Part shown: piece after piece, positions 21,272 to 33,700 of the stretch
Layout: each line of letters starts with the position of its first letter
How positions within the stretch are numbered: the stretch's first letter is position 1
Assembly: GCA_900088475.1 (NCBI GenBank)
Contig: FLMG01004216.1
Span: 1 to 48,094, forward strand
Direction of reading: 5' to 3'
Length of the DNA stretch: 48,094 nucleotides
Origin: Hyphochytrium catenoides
Lineage: Eukaryota; Protista; Hyphochytriomycota
Position numbers and translations under genes: made by a program
Notes under the pieces: model-generated
Seen by the model: only the letters and a program-made list of their open reading frames with translations
Databases searched by the model: none
What the model was told of the DNA's origin: nothing

Positions 21272-23223
21272 CTATTTCTTCATCACTCGTGCGTAGTCCT
21301 TTAGCTTTTCTCTATCTAGCGCTAGCTGCTGCACGGTTGGCCCAACAGCCTGTTGGAGCCTCTCCTTAACTTTCTTTGGCAGATTTTCCTTACGTAGCTG
21401 CTGCAGCTGCACTGCGATTTTCTCCTCTATGTCCTTCTCTTTCTTCGACTCCTCTTCCACCTGCAGGCGATATAATCCATCATCTTCTGCCAGGTGGAAG
21501 CGCCGTCTGCAGCCTGAGCTCCCATGCAGCCCCTAGACAAACGACCAGTCAAAACGGAGATATCACACATCAACAAGCAGAGCAGCGAAGAGCATGAGAA
21601 TGTCTATAACATTAAGTGCCGGGCTGCATACCCAGCCAGAGGAAGAGCAGGGACCATGGAAAGTGGAACCGAAAGATAGCAGGGGCGTAGGGAGTATGAG
21701 TCGATGAGGGAGCTTTAAGAGAGGCAAATATCAATCAGGCGGGCACGGACCTGCTCTGTGCTGTCACAGCATATCCATCTCCAGACCCTGTGCGCCATAC
21801 ACTGTGGCAGGATCGTCCCAGAAGCCCGTGCGCTGCAGGTGCGCGGACAACTTATAAGAAAGTCTCCAGGGTGATATGGGCAAGCCTCTCCGTGATTGGA
21901 GACCTCGGAATATCTGTTCAAGAGTCAGAAGGTCATAGAGACAAAGAGAGAGAGTGTAAAGAACGTGAGCATCAAAGGAAGAGAACAGGGTGAAAAGAGC
22001 AGAGACAAGGAGAATCGGAGAGGAAATCGACTCTCTTTGCCATAGAAGGTTGCCTCTTACTTTGCCTTGCAGTGCCTGCAGGTCAGAATTCTCCTCTGAT
22101 GTTTCATCATCAAAGTAGGCGCGACCTCGCCTTCCTCTCTGTCATCTCTCCCAAGAGCTTCTCTTCTTGCCTTCTCTCCTAGTTCCTTCCCAAGTCTGTG
22201 CAAATCTCTCTCCTGCTTTTCTATAGCATAACGAAGCGAGAAGGCCGCCTTGATGCTCTTCTGGGTGGTGGTGAAGCTTTGCCAGGCCTTCAGACAACGG
22301 GAGAGCGACCCCAGCTGGGACCGTCGGAATAGAAGATGGCCAAGATCAAGCCGTCTGGAGAAGAAGAGCATCATCAGTTGACACTGGCAGTATTGCAGAG
22401 AAGTCTAAAGCAGGAAGAGGCTATAGGTCGGCAGATGGAAGCAAGAAACTGCAGGAGAAAGACGAGCGAAAGCCAGCCAACAGGGATCACGGGGGAGAGA
22501 GGTAGCAGCCCACTCACCTGGTCTTGAGTCTCTCTCTTCTCTTTTGCTTCCTCCAGATAGCTTGGACCATTCTCTGTTTGATCTCCATCTCTGCCAGGAG
22601 GTTGCGGCTGTAACCCTCTAGGAACATTGACCGACGCTCCATGGCAACCGCTTCAGCACGGCTCACCAGTAGAAGAGAAAGGACGTGGAAGTAGAACCTG
22701 AGAGAAGCCGGGAGAGAGACGGCGCACAAGACAGAGGTGAAAGGGTGGTCAGAGGATGAGCTGTGGTCGAACTGGAAACGGAGTCGCAAAGAGAAGACCG
22801 GCAATGAGAGAGGGAAGAAAGAAGGGAGAGAGGGAGAGAGAACTAAAGAGAGAAGGATAAGAGAAGATAGGACAAGAGGAACGAAAGAAGGAGAGCGAGT
22901 CAGAGAGAGGGCTCACACATGGGGAGTGGTTAATGAGCGCGAGATTGGAGAGAACAGAGCACACTGAAAGACTCAACGCATATGAGAGGGAGAGAAATGT
23001 ACCTGTGCAGGAGCTTCCCAGCCTCTTCTGTCACGAACCGTTGTGGCTCGCCGTGCATCGAGTGACAGTCCACTGTTGCAGTCTCGCGCAAGAGCTGTGG
23101 GCAAGAGAGGTCGAAGGAGAGGAAAAGTTAGAGAAGAAGAGATGAAGCGAAGAATAGGATTGCAGGACCTAAGTCTCACGAGGGGGAGGTGAGAATGACA
23201 GTCGGAAGATGGACATCCTTCGC

Positions 23224-23258
<35 letters not shown>

Positions 23259-26200
23259 AATATCCCCCTTACCTTCTTTTTCATCTTGTCCGACTCGTCG
23301 ACGCTCTGAACGCACTTGCCCAAGAGCCTCTGGAGCGCTGATAGCTCTTCTTGCTTCTCTGCTAACGCTCTCTTCAGGCGCACCAGCTCTTTATTCTTCT
23401 TCCTCTCTTCTTCCAGCTTCTGCTGACTTCTCAGCTGGAGCTTCTGCAAATTCTGTTCGGCTATCCTCTCCTTCTTCTCCTCTCTCCTGCTCTCATCTTC
23501 TGCGTCCAGGAGCTCCAGCTGGGCGATGATGAGCTCCCTCATGCTTGCCGCAATCTTTCCCCTGACGATACGGTAAAGACGCTCGGCTGTCTGAGTTTGT
23601 CTCTTTCTCTTGCTCTCTCCGCCATTCTCGAAGTCATCCTCCTCCTCCTCCTCCCCGCTGTCTGCTTCCTCTTCTTCCAGCAAGTCTTCTTCCTCCTCTT
23701 GGACCATCTCTGCAGAGGGAGGTGGCAAGGGTTCCTCTGTGGGTTCTTGTTCACTTTGAATGAGCAGCTCAACTCCTGACTTTGCTCTCAAAATCGCCGC
23801 CTCGAGGTTCCATTGCTCTCTTAGCTAACCCAGTCCAGCGGTGCAGAGAACGGGAAAGCGGGATAGCAAGAGCGTGGAAGCAAAAGCGAGAGTTAAGCAT
23901 AGGGGAGACTTTCTTTCAGGTACTTCCAACGGAGAAGAGAAAGAGAACAAGTCAGCGGCCTTTTCATGCGAAACTCTGGACTACCTATAATATCAGGGTC
24001 TTCTCTCTTTCATTTTCTCTTTTACTCTCTCTCTTTCTCGGTCGCTCTCCAAAATCTCTTCCTTCGTCCTCTTGGATTCTAGAGACATGGTGACCAGCAG
24101 CCTCACCTTCAGCGATCGGAGATCCTCTGCCGTCATTTGTTCCCACTCTCTCCTCATCTTCTTAAAGAGAAGCTTAAGCCTTTTAATCTCTTCTCTCCTT
24201 CTATCTTTGTCCAAGCCCGCAGTGAGGGAGGTGAGCCAGCTGTCCTCTTCCACCTTAGAAGACTTCAGACGCTCCACATATTCCAAGCGAAGGAACTCTC
24301 TCATCTCCTCCTGGAAGAAAGCGTAAGGAGACCACGCAAGAGTAGCGATATAAGGTAGAGAACGGATCATAATGGTAGTAAGAGAAGAGAGAGAGAGAAA
24401 GAGAGAAAGAGAGAGAGCTCTGCGTGGAAGAAACGATTGTGGAGGTAGCATAAGAGAGCAATCAGGAAAGAGAAGCAGGGGTTCCCTCACCTCTGCTTCT
24501 GCCATGAGCTTGCATTCCCGATATCGAAGCGTCCGCTCCGCCATTAGAAACTTCCTCATTTCCCACTCTTCTTTCTCCATCAAGCGGCAGTTTCTTCTCC
24601 TCTCTCTTGCCTCCTTTCGCAGTCGTCTTGCCTCTTGTCTTCTCCTCTTCTGCTGTTCTCTCAAATCGGAGAGATCCTCGGCGTGAACGCCTGATATCAG
24701 TAGGAGAATTTTAAGCTCCTCTTTCCTTCTTCCTCTCCCTTTCCTGATGCGGTTATACACCTCATACTGAAGAGGAAGTGGAAGAACAAAGCCTGAATCG
24801 TCTTCAGCTCTCTCTCTCGCCCGCTCTCCCTCCCTGAGCACTTCCTCTCCCAGAGCAAACATCTCAGACTGAATGAGGGACTCAAAGAGTTCCTCGATAG
24901 CGGCGCCCTCGCGACGAATTTGCCTGAAGCCAAGAATATAAGAAGTCTGACCAAGAGACAGAAAGAGAACGGGTAAGAAGAGACAGAGAGAAAGAAAGAC
25001 ACGAGAGACGGGAAAGAGAGAGAGAGAAAAAAGGAGAGAAAGAATGAGGCGAGGGCAAGATGCCTAAAGGCAAAGAGTCTGTCTCGAAAGAAAAGGCGAG
25101 ATGGTCAGAGAGACGAGGAGGACAAAGAAATGAGACAAGTGATAGAATAGCTAGGGCCTCCTTTCTCTCTCTCATCCTTTTTTTCCCCTCTTCTCACCTC
25201 TCGTGCTGAACCCTCAGAAGCTCCTGGGTGGCTGCCTCCGCCTTAGCTTGAGCTATACACTCTTCCTGGTGCTTCGTCACGAGAACTTCAAAGCGAGAGG
25301 GAGGACGGATGAAGACTTTGGTCAGCCTCTTGGCCAACGCTTTGCCTCCTTCCTGGAGGAGCTGAAGAGAATAACGAGAGGCTTTGCTCTTCTTCTCTCT
25401 CAATTCTTCAGTCTCTTCTTCACTGCCAAGCCTTTCCTGTCCTTGCTCTGTCTCTTCGCCCTGTTTGGCTTGGTCGGTTCCCTCTGGCGCTCCCTGAGGG
25501 TTGGAAGGCCTGTTTTCCTCCCCACGCGTCGCCGCTTCACCTTCCTCTTTCGCTGTGTCCTTTGGCTCTGATAGGCTAGTAGCTCCATTTGTGAGAGGAA
25601 GAGACTGCTGCTCATGGATAGGAGAGAGAATAGGGACAGCGGTAGGAGAAGGAGGAAGAGAGACAGTCAAAACTTTACTGTCGTCTGTCTCCTTTCTACC
25701 CTTCTTCTTGGGTGAGGGAACAATCGTCTTCTTTGGCCTCATGAGGCGCTCAACCTTCCTCGCCCTCTCAATCTTCGCAGCCTCCTTCTCAGCTTCGGCT
25801 TCCCTCTCAAGCTGCGGCACAAATAAGGGAACATAGTTCAGAAGGACGTTGGAGTGAAACAGGAGAGAGACAGAAGACATGACTATCCTAAGAGATGGTG
25901 AGCTCGAGCGCCGAAGGACGGCTCCGAAGGAGCAGCGGCTGGGGAAAGAGAGAGAAGAGAGCCTAGAGATGAAGAGATAAGAGTTGCCTTACCTCCTGCT
26001 TTGCTCTTTCTAGGATCAAGCTTCGCAGTGGCCCGGGCTTGGCCACTTCTTCCTTTATCTTCTCCTCTGTTTCCGCTACAGCTTTGTTTACTCTGTCTTC
26101 CTCTTCTTTCAACTCTCTCTCATGACGCATCACACCTCGGGTCTCTAGCTCTTCTCTTTCCATCGCATCTCTCTCGGGGGGAGCAAGTAACCGTTCCTTC

Positions 26201-28532
26201 TTAGCAAACTGACGGCTTTCCCAGTCATTCTGTTCCATCATCGCCAGCTCTGCCTGTTCTCTCCCTCTCTCGAAGATACACAGGCGCTCGAAAGGAAGGA
26301 AAAGTGCGGCTTTGCCATGAAGCCAAGGGAGGCGGACGGCTATCATCTTGTCCTCGTCACGGAAAAACAAGACCTTTGAGGAAGAGGAGAAAGACAGATG
26401 ATGAGTCACTGGAAGAGACAGAACAAGGGAAAGAGAGAAAAGAAGAGAGAGGGGAGAGAACTGAGAGGAGGGAGGAAAGAGGGAGAGCACCATATGGAAA
26501 GGAGAAGAAGAGAGAAAGCCAGAAAGAGAGAGCGCTAGTGAGAGGGGAGAGAGAGATAAGCTCTTGTTAGTATGAGAACGAGCTCTCTACTGACCTTGCC
26601 CCAGCCATACGGAGTCAACACCGCTGATCCCCTTAGCTTTCTATGCAGATTCGCTATTGTCACGGTCACTGACTCCTCAGCTTTCCTCTTCTCTTCCCTC
26701 TTTTCTCTCTTCTCGTGAGCTCTTTTCTTTCTCTCAACTAGAACCTGGGCCGCCCACGTCTTCTCTTCCAAGAGAACACGAAGGGCTGAAGCCGCGAAGG
26801 AGACCTCGAGGTCCACAAGGTCCATTTCTCTCTCCAGAAGAACAATCTCTTCTTCCTTGAGCTGCAGACAGAAAATTCGGATGCATTAGGACGAAGAAAC
26901 GAGGAACAAGAGAGGAGGTGGCGGAAGAAGCCGCGAGAAAACTGGGGAAGAGAAGAAACAAGGGCACCTGACCTTGATCTGCGCCTCAAACTTCTCTTTC
27001 TCCTTCTGAAGCGTCTTCCTGGCCTTGCTAGCTTCTTTTCTCATCGCAATGACGCTTTCCACCTCACAGAACTCTTGGTCTACGTTCTTCAGCTTCTTCT
27101 CCAGCAAGCAGACCTGGCGATGGGCCTCCGATAGGCGAGCATTCTAAGGTTTATATGGGGGGAGTTTTGAGAGAGAGAGAGAGAGAGAACCGGGCCAAAT
27201 GACGCAGCAAGGGCGAGCGGATGAAGGGCAGAACCAAGAACGACATAGAGAGCAGATGGCACGTCAGACACCAGTGTACTATATCTACAATTGTCCTGCC
27301 CCGGAGCTCGTTCCCTCTCTTTCTAGCTGTCTCTAGTTCTCTCAGTCTGTCTCTCACTAGCTCTCTCTATCTGCATCGATCTAGCTCTCTCTCCCTGTCT
27401 GTTCTCTCTCTCTGTCTGTCTCCCACTCTATTCTTCTGGTTTCTTTCTCTCTCTCTCTGTCTCTCTCCCATTCCCACAACACCTCTTTCTCTCTTGTTTT
27501 CTCTTGCTCCTATATCTCTCAGGCTGTTGTCTCTCAGATGTTTACGATATGGGGCTAGTGCTCGCATCATCTCCTTTTGCATGAGAGGACCTACCGCTTG
27601 TAGCTTGGCAGTAGAGACAAGAACTCGGGCTTCCTGCAGCTCCTTGAGTCTCTGTCTATAGTTATTGGTTCGGCTCACCGACGTGATAAGCTCTCGATAA
27701 GCCACTCTGTGGCGGTCTTCTCTTGTCTTTCTCTCACAGGTGTCTGGCTCTTGGTCTTGCCGCGGTCTTTCTTTCTCTTCTCCTTCATCCTGCGGCGCGT
27801 CCAACCGATGCCGCTTGTTGAATTCTTGCTCGTCTGTTAGAAGCAGACGCACAGAAAGGAGGGGAGATGAAGAGAGAAGGCGATGGTGGTCCATTGGAGG
27901 AAAGAGGTAAGGAAAGCAGGAAAGAATAGGCTCTGAGTATGGAAAAGAAGAAGATTAGACAGCAACATGTCCGCTCACCTCTGGTGAGGTCATCTTCATA
28001 GAACATAATCTCTGCAAGCTCTATCTCTCTTCTCTCTTTCTCAAGCCTGTCTCTCTCCTTCTCAACCTGAAGCCTTTCCTTAGGGTAGGACGGGCGATAA
28101 GCAGCTTCGTTCTTGGTATGGAGAGAGACAGCTAATCCCAGCTATAGAGAACGGAATTTTGCGGGATAGAAGTGCTTAGATATAGGACAAGCTGACTGTG
28201 CAGATATGAGCAACTCTCTTTAGTGGCACCAATCCCCATGCTCTTTCTCTTGGTCCCTCTCTCTCTTTCCTGATCTCTCTCCTCGCCCTGTCAAGAGGTA
28301 CTCTAGGCTAGATATTGTCTTCAAGCATCGAAACCGAAGCTACCTTCCTTCCCATGCGACCTACCTCTCTATCAGCGCCGAGGGCCTGCATAGGATCTTC
28401 AGGTGTTAAGGTGAGCTCAGCTCCGCAATCCAAGCACTGAACTCCTTTGCCATATTTCTCTCCCCAAGCGTGAGTCCGTCTGGGGGTAAAATGCAAGGGA
28501 GAAGAGAAAGAGCACAAGAGAGAGAAAGAAGA

Positions 28533-28593
<61 letters not shown>

Positions 28594-30728
28594 GAGTGAG
28601 AGAAAGAGAGGACCGTGAGCTGTGCATGTAAATGAATGGGATGACAGGCAAAACAAGTTCATTGCTGAACTCTGATAGGAGACAAAAGCACATTAAAGGT
28701 GATCAATGTCCGGAGTATAGCTAGAGCAAGGGCTAGACCACCAGGAAGAGAGAGAGACACACACACAAACAGGCAGACAATGAAAGAAACAGAGAGTGGA
28801 ACTAGAGAGAGGGTAGAGGGTAGATGGCGAGCGCGGGAGAGAGGAGACTCCTTCGTCAGGGATGGAGGAACATGAGCAAGCGCTAGACAAGCAGGAACAG
28901 AGAGAGAGCGAGAGAAGACAAACAGGAACCAGGAAGAGAGAGAGAGAGAGAGAGGAGAGACCGAGAGAGAAAGGAGAGAGAAAGAAGACACAACCTGGAG
29001 AAAGAGAAAGACAGAGCGACGAAGAAAGCACACGAGGGTAGCCCTGGAACTGATAGAGAAGGAGAAGGGAGCAGTGGATGACCGTGTCGCGGGGAGAAGC
29101 TATCTTACTTGTGCTCACACTTTCCTCCGTCCTGACCTAACTTCTCGAGTCCCTTCAGCCTCAACTTCTCCCTCAGCTCGTCTTTCTTCCTCTCCGCCCT
29201 CTGCTTCGCTCTCTGCTCGACATCAAGCTTTAGCTTGTGTCTCTCTCCATCTTCTTCTTCTTTCAACCTTCGCATCCTCTCTGCAACCTTTTCTCGCCAG
29301 AGTGCTGTTTGCTCCTCCAGAAAGGAAGAGAGACGCTGCCGTACTATCTCTTTCTTCGCCATTTCTATGGGGCTAGAGGAGGAAGAGGAAGGGCGCCCGC
29401 GAGATGTTGCAGGAGGAGAAGAGTTGTCCTGATTTGTCTTCCGCAGCATGGGAACGTGCTCCTGCAGGTTGAAACATGGAAGAAATGACAGGTAAAAGGG
29501 AGAGAGAAGAGAGGAGGAACCAGTGAGAAGAGAGAGTTGGCCAAGAGCAAAGCTGAGGTGAAAGGAAGGAATAAATGAAAGTAGCGAAGACTGACCCGCA
29601 GCATCTTCATTCCTTCTGGGGTCATAAACTCTTTCTCCCACTCTTCACGCTTGTCTTTCTCCTTCCCGGCAATGTCTCTTCTTTGCTGCTCGTCTAGAGC
29701 CTTCTCAATCATCTCTCTTCTCTCTCTCTGAGTCCGCTCTAGCTCTCTTAAAGCGCCATTAAGCTCTTGCTCCAATTCTTCCTCGTCCTTAGAGGCAGGG
29801 AGGCCTTGCGTAGATCCTTTCACTTGTGGGAGAGTGACATACTTCATCTGGACCAAGAATGCACCCGCAAAGCAGTGCGAACGAGGGAGAGAAAGAGAAG
29901 TGAGAGAGGAGAAGGAGCATGTTAACTCTCTGGACATTGTGATATCAGCGAATGAGAAGGAAGAGAGGTACGGACGCCAAGGTGCCCATGAAGTGGAGCC
30001 GCAAAGGAGGAAGAACGGGAAGAATGGTATTGTCATTGAGGCCACAGAACAACAAAGCGAGAGGACTGAGGACCAGAGAGAGACCAACACAAGCAAGGGA
30101 GAATGGTTGATGGGGAAGAGAGAAGAGAAGCAGCTCAGGGCAAGGGCGGCAGAGAGAAGGATTTTGACGCTCACCGTCTTGAGGTTCACCCATTTTGTGA
30201 CTTCGGTGGGATCGCTCTCAGTCGGCTCATATCGGAGCTGCACGGCGATAGGGTGATAGGGTTAGAGGCAAGGCGTAGGAGATGGGAGACAGACAGAAGA
30301 GATGTATAAGAATGCGGCGGGGAGGAGAGAGAGAGAAGAAAGGAGGTTGGACAGAACGACGGGAGAGAGAGAGAGAGAGATGTGCCGGACTTCACGATTG
30401 AAAACTCTCGTCTCACTGAAAAAGGAAGAGTTGGCTGAGTTCAAACGTAGGATAGAAAGACGTACAAAGGGAGAGGGAGTAAGATAGTCGGTCTCTCTCC
30501 CTCACCTCATGCATACAGAGCGCCCTGCCCTCATCTGAGGGTTGCACCTTGCAGGAGACTACCAAGGCAGCCGCCCACTGCTGCTGCAGCGGATCGAAGA
30601 CTTCAACACGGTTTCCTACCAGCAGACGAGCGCTCATCTCTTCCGCAGCAAACTGCTCTGCCTTACGAGCAACATAGCGCCGCCTGTGGCCATAGTAGTT
30701 GAGAAAAAGAAAGAATAGAAGAAAGATC

Positions 30729-30765
<37 letters not shown>

Positions 30766-33700
30766 CAAAATAAAGAAAGACAGAGAGAGAGAAAGAGAGA
30801 GAGGAGAGGAGAGCAGTTAGAAATCAGGAGAGACGGTGATAGAAGAGTCAAGAAGGGAGAGCTAAGGTTAAGCGGACAATTTTGTTGGAGGCAACACGAG
30901 AAGGGTGAGCAACGTTGACAGGTTGAGAGAGAAAGGGAAGAGTTGAATGTCATGAAAGAGAGAGTCAATCCCTAGCGGAACATTTGATCTCTGTCCCTCG
31001 CGGTTCTTTTCCCTTCTCCGCCAACATTTCTTCCTCAGAAGTTCCTATCAGTAAAGAACCTACCGCGATTCTTCAAGCTTCTGCTCTTTAGTCTTCCCTT
31101 GGATCTTTAGGGTCGCTACTGCTGGGAATGTAGTGACTGGTTTCTCTCCTCCGAATTCCTCTGCATGACCTTCCCTCTCTCCTTCCTCGGGACCATCCTC
31201 AAACGCAGAAGCAGGAGCTGGGCTACTGGGAGTGTGAGCGTCCAAGGGCACCGAGGCAAAAGGTCTCCTTCTTTCTTTAGGTCTGAGGTTCTTTTCCGCC
31301 CTCTTCGCCAGTGCAGAGAAGACTTGAGCCTGTTGAGCACTTGCCGTCTCCTGCAAGTGGAAGAAAGAGAAGAGACCACGAATGGAGACAAGAGAGAGAG
31401 CAGATGGCCAAAAATATACGTCAACAGTGTGTGAAGGACAGACGGTCGTCAGAGAGTCGCGAACCGAGGAAGACGGGAGACGGATAGCCTCCAGTACCAA
31501 GAGAGCAGTGACATGATGCTAACTATATGAGATAGAGGACCTTGAGTGCAAAAGAGATGGGCCATGCGAAAGACGAAGAAAAGAGTCAAAGAGAGAAAGA
31601 CAAAGGTTCATGGCTGGGAGTAACAAGCGAGAAAGGACTTCCTAAAAGAGAGAACTAAATGCAAAGAAAATATCAGCCATTGACTTCTCTTCTACCTCTG
31701 TCCTGATAGCTTGCCGGAGCTGGGCGATGAAGTGTCTGCGGTTGAACCGCTGCATGTGGCCGTGAAGCTCTGAAGAGTCCCACGTGTCATCAGCGTCATC
31801 TTCCTCTTCTGTCAGCCCTAACCTCTCTCTCTCTTTTGCGCGTTCTCTCCCTCTCTCTTCAAGTCGTCTGAGCTCCTCAAGCAATTGAAGGAGATGGGTC
31901 TTTCCCTGCTCTGCCTCGGTCCTCAGTAGCTTCACATATCCAGAGAGAAGAGTGTGATCATCTGGAGCAGATACGAAGCTTGGTACCTGCAGAGGGTGAG
32001 AGATGTTTGAAGAGCAAAAGAGCGGCAGAGTTAGAGAGATAGAGATATTAGGAAAGGATTGATAGGAAACGCCCAGGCTGTGGGGAAGAGGCAGCAACCA
32101 GCTTTCTGAAGCAGACAGTGACAGTGAGAGAGAGAATGACTGAGAAAGAGACAAATGGAGAGAGAGGAAGAGAGAGGAAGAGCGTGGGGGAGGGAATGGG
32201 GGAGGAGTGCACCTGCAGTTGCTGGTAGTGCCCGACAGAAAGGACGAGACCATGGACCTCCTCTCTTTCTGTGTCTGAAGAGAACTCAAAGTGATAGCAC
32301 AGAGCTGACCCTGCCAGGTGATAGCGAACGGAGTGCTTGGGGGGAGACTAACAGAAGAGAGGGGAAAGTAGCAAACGGCAGGCGGCAAGAAAGAGGAAGA
32401 AGAAAGAGGAAAAGTTGATTTGAAGCAAGGTAAGGTAGGGAGACTTCCTTAGAGATAAGCGACCCAATTCTGTCTCCCTCCCTCGCCTTCTCTCCCCTTT
32501 CCTCTCCTCTCCTCTCTCTTCTCTCTCTCCTTTTCTCTCGTGCTGCCACACTTGCCCCGTCTATCTCTCACAAGCTCTCTTTTGCAAAAGTCTCCGTTTA
32601 TCTCCATCATCTTGTTCGCCTGTGATCTCTCTTGGTCAGATGCTTACCGCGCCGTTCCTTATATTGGTTATACAGGTGCCAAGGTTCTTTAGAGTTTGAA
32701 GGGAGCTGCCGAGTCGTACAATGACTCGATGCTGAGCAGCCTTCCGCTGTGGAGCATCAGGAGGGTATACGAGCTGGAAATGGGACGGAGAGAAGAGAGA
32801 GAGAGAGACCAAGACAAGAAAGAAAGAAAGAAAGAGAGCCAAAGAGAGACGGCGCTTAGACCACCAGGCAGAGAAACATGGACTAAGGGGAAGGACTAAC
32901 AAGCAGGAGAGACTCGAGCTTTATCTGAACAGGGCAAGGGGGAGAAAGAAGAGAACCAAAAACACCAGGTAGAGAGACAGGGTCGTAGCTCAGCTCTCAC
33001 CTCGATGCTTATCTCCCAAAGGCCGTAGGTCGGGAGTGGAAAGTATCCCTGAAGCACGCCATAGGAAGAGAGACTGCGCACTCCTCCTCCTCTCTCTCTC
33101 TCCATGCCCGCCGAGAACTCCTCGGAACGGTGACTCCACCAGTCCAACGGACCGTGACGGAGAGACACCGGGGCCAGTCTTTCGTCAGAACGCTAACCAG
33201 TGCGGGCCAAGAGAGAGGATTAGGGAGATTAGGATAAGAGAGAGAAGCAGAGAGAGAGAACTAAACTACAGGGAGAGAGAGAGTGGTGCGCCGTAACTTT
33301 TATAAGGATAACGAAGTAGCTAAAGGTCATCCTTTGAGCTGCTTTCCTAGAGAAAGAAAAAGAGTAATGGCTTTGGAAGAGGAACAGACTCGGAAGATAG
33401 AAACGAACAGAACAGAGAGAGAGAGAGAGATTCGAGAAGGGAGGTCCAGAGAGACACAAGGAAGATTAAGATCAAAGAGTGGGCACTGTCTCACGTGGAA
33501 GTTCTGCACTGCTTCCACAAGTTTGGACCGGGTGACGTCTTTCTGATGCTTCTGAAGCGCCTCCTTCGCTGCTGCCAGTCGCTGCATGGCAAGTTCTACC
33601 TCCAGCTAAAAAGGAGGAGACAACAAGAGGAGGACAACAAGAACGAAGACCCAAGAATGGTAAGAGCCACAGCGTCAGCCTCTCTCTTTCTCTCTCTCGA

